A stretch of 35,815 bases of DNA. It comes from a virus. Its lineage: Duplodnaviria; Caudoviricetes. The translations under genes were made by a program, and so were the position numbers. The DNA lies in the IMG/VR virus record IMGVR_UViG_3300020044_003916, positions 1 through 35,815 of that record. One strand, 5' to 3'. The stretch's first letter is position 1. The number at the start of each line of letters is the position of its first letter. The notes beneath the pieces are model-generated. The model was not told where the DNA came from. It made no database searches and worked only from the letters and a program-made list of their open reading frames with translations. Of the stretch, positions 34,258-35,815 are shown piece after piece.

Positions 34258-35691
34258 ATGCAACCCATCAACTATTTGGCGCAGGTCGCAGACCCATTCG
34301 CTCAGGCGGCCCAAGGCTACAAGCTCGGGGCCACCATCGTTGACGTCGAAGCCAAACGTGCCGAACTCGCACGCCAGCAACAACTGCAACAACAGCAACA
34401 ACAACAACTGGCCCAAGAGCAAGCGCGATTCTTCGCCAATCCCAACCCAACAATGCGCGATGCTGCACGCTTCGCCTCCGTCCTTTCGCCTGAGCAGTCC
34501 AAAGCCTTCCTCCCTTACATGGAAGGCATCAGCAAAGAGCAACAGCAAGGCGTCCTGAAGTCGACCGGACAGATCCTCTCCGCCCTGCAAGTCAATCCAG
34601 AAACAGGCATCAAGATCTTGCGCGAACGTGCCGTGGCTGCACGCAACGGCGGCGACGAGGACGATGCCTCTTTGTTTGAGCGCATTGCAGACGCAGCAGC
34701 AGACCCAGCACGTGGCCCTGCCATGGCCTTCAAAGCCTTGGTGCAAAACACCAGCATGATCCCAGGCGCCAAAGAGATGTTTGAGAACATCGACAAAGGC
34801 TTAGGAACTGCGCGAGCCGAAGCCAAAGCACCGGCAGAACTCACCGAAGCCGAAGCCAAAGCACAAAAAGCATCAGTCGAAGCAGCATTTGCAGAACGCC
34901 TGCAACAAGCAGGCTTGAACGAAAAGAACTGGAACGTCAAAAACCTGCAAAGTCAAATCGGTGATCGCTCTGCCCGCTTGAATCTGGATCAGCAGACCAC
35001 AGCCGCAACCGTAGCCGAAAAGCTGTCCAGTATTCAGAAAAATCTGAACGACATCCCATCCGACACCCGCAAGCTGATCAACGAGTCAGCAGTTACAGCG
35101 GCAACAGCAAAACAGTCTGCCGACCAGTTCAACGATTTGGCCAAACGCCTCGACGCATCTGGCGGTGGTTACGGCGTGTTCTCCAGCGCCTCAGACTTCT
35201 TGAAGAAGGGCGCAGGCTTCCAAGGCGGCATGACGCAATTGCGTCAGGAATACACACGCCTTCGCAACACGGCGGCCATCAAGTCTTTGCCACCAGGCCC
35301 AGCCACAGACAAAGACATTGCCATGGCTTTGAAAGGCTTTCCAAGCGACAACGCATCGGCCACAGACCTGTCTGCCTTCCTGCGCGGCATGGCCAAGCTG
35401 CAAGACGTTGACGCATCCATCAACAACGCCAAGACCGACTGGCTTGCCCAGAACAACGGCACGCTCACACGCGCCAAAAACACATTTGTTGCTGGTGATT
35501 ACTCCACCAAGCCCGGCGAGACCTTCAACGACTTTGCCCAGCGCATCGTTGGCGATGTCTCAAAACGCTACGATCCTACGCAGCAGACCAGCCTGGTGAA
35601 TCAGATCCCCACGGATCGCACACCACGCCCAGCAGCTCCAGCGGCAAACATCCGATCACAAGCTGACGCAATCCTTGCAGGGGGCCGCTAA
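34258..35691 (+). CDS. DNA ejection protein, P22 gp20 position (477 aa)
   Basis: Gln/Ala-rich helical protein; PGPATDKDI motif; order and size match. Confidence 0.72.
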   Translation: MQPINYLAQVADPFAQAAQGYKLGATIVDVEAKRAELARQQQLQQQQQQQLAQEQARFFANPNPTMRDAARFASVLSPEQSKAFLPYMEGISKEQQQGVLKSTGQILSALQVNPETGIKILRERAVAARNGGDEDDASLFERIADAAADPARGPAMAFKALVQNTSMIPGAKEMFENIDKGLGTARAEAKAPAELTEAEAKAQKASVEAAFAERLQQAGLNEKNWNVKNLQSQIGDRSARLNLDQQTTAATVAEKLSSIQKNLNDIPSDTRKLINESAVTAATAKQSADQFNDLAKRLDASGGGYGVFSSASDFLKKGAGFQGGMTQLRQEYTRLRNTAAIKSLPPGPATDKDIAMALKGFPSDNASATDLSAFLRGMAKLQDVDASINNAKTDWLAQNNGTLTRAKNTFVAGDYSTKPGETFNDFAQRIVGDVSKRYDPTQQTSLVNQIPTDRTPRPAAPAANIRSQADAILAGGR

Positions 35692-35815
35692 TGGCAACAG
35701 CCGACGAATACGCAGCCTGGATTGTCAAGAATTCTGCCAAGCGCGGAACGCCTGAGTTCGACACCGTGGCGCAGGCCTACCAGCTGGCCAAGGGTGAGGA
35801 AAACACGGCCACCTT
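35689..35815 (+). repeat. Terminal overlap copy 2; contains the 5' end (from 35691) of a variant allele of the 644-aa gene
   Basis: Encodes MATADEYAAWIVKNSAKRGTPEFDTVAQAYQLAKGEENTAT; one S-to-G change versus copy 1. Confidence 0.95.

Larger units (their letters stand above)
1..35815. mobile_element. Near-complete P22-like podovirus genome (~35,688 bp unit length, circularly permuted)
   Basis: Full set of packaging, head, tail, ejection, lysis, recombination and replication genes; the end of the window re-enters the first gene; no host genes. Confidence 0.95.

Noticed and set aside
34375-34410. CAA/CAG-rich tract
   Set aside because: Encodes an ordinary poly-Gln stretch in the ejection protein with mixed codons

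Overview
The window is an essentially complete, circularly permuted ~35.7 kb tailed phage genome. Bases 35689-35815 repeat bases 1-127 with 6 mismatches. The morphogenesis module is P22-like (podovirus): TerS, PBSX-type TerL, portal, scaffold, coat, gp4, gp10, a needle-position gene, three ejection proteins in gp7/gp20/gp16 order and size, and a tailspike with a P22-type head-binding domain. It is followed by a second fibre-like protein and a lysis cassette of several membrane proteins plus an M15 peptidase. The early region is lambdoid in layout. A leftward arm carries ERF, a YqaJ-like exonuclease, RdgC, a MazG-like pyrophosphatase and an HNH. A rightward arm carries an XRE-HTH, SSB, a Gp49-family protein, nin-like genes, RusA, a YdaU-like initiator with internal iterons, many small ORFs and a glutaredoxin. 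No integrase, CI-type repressor, DNA polymerase, methylase, tRNA or CRISPR was seen. The host is probably a Burkholderiales betaproteobacterium (inference). The most notable items are: (i) two sequence-divergent copies of one three-way-junction leader RNA, ahead of the replication initiator and the HNH gene; (ii) a ParB-fusion plus GREB1/TAGT-like glycosyltransferase pair next to terminase with no base-oxidising partner; (iii) repeated TTGYCA-N17/18-GACAAT promoters hidden in the 3' ends of late genes; (iv) a pseudoknot in the scaffold leader; (v) a loop-E-type RNA between ssb and a probable nucleotide-signal sponge gene. All family assignments come from motif recognition by eye, not from database searches.
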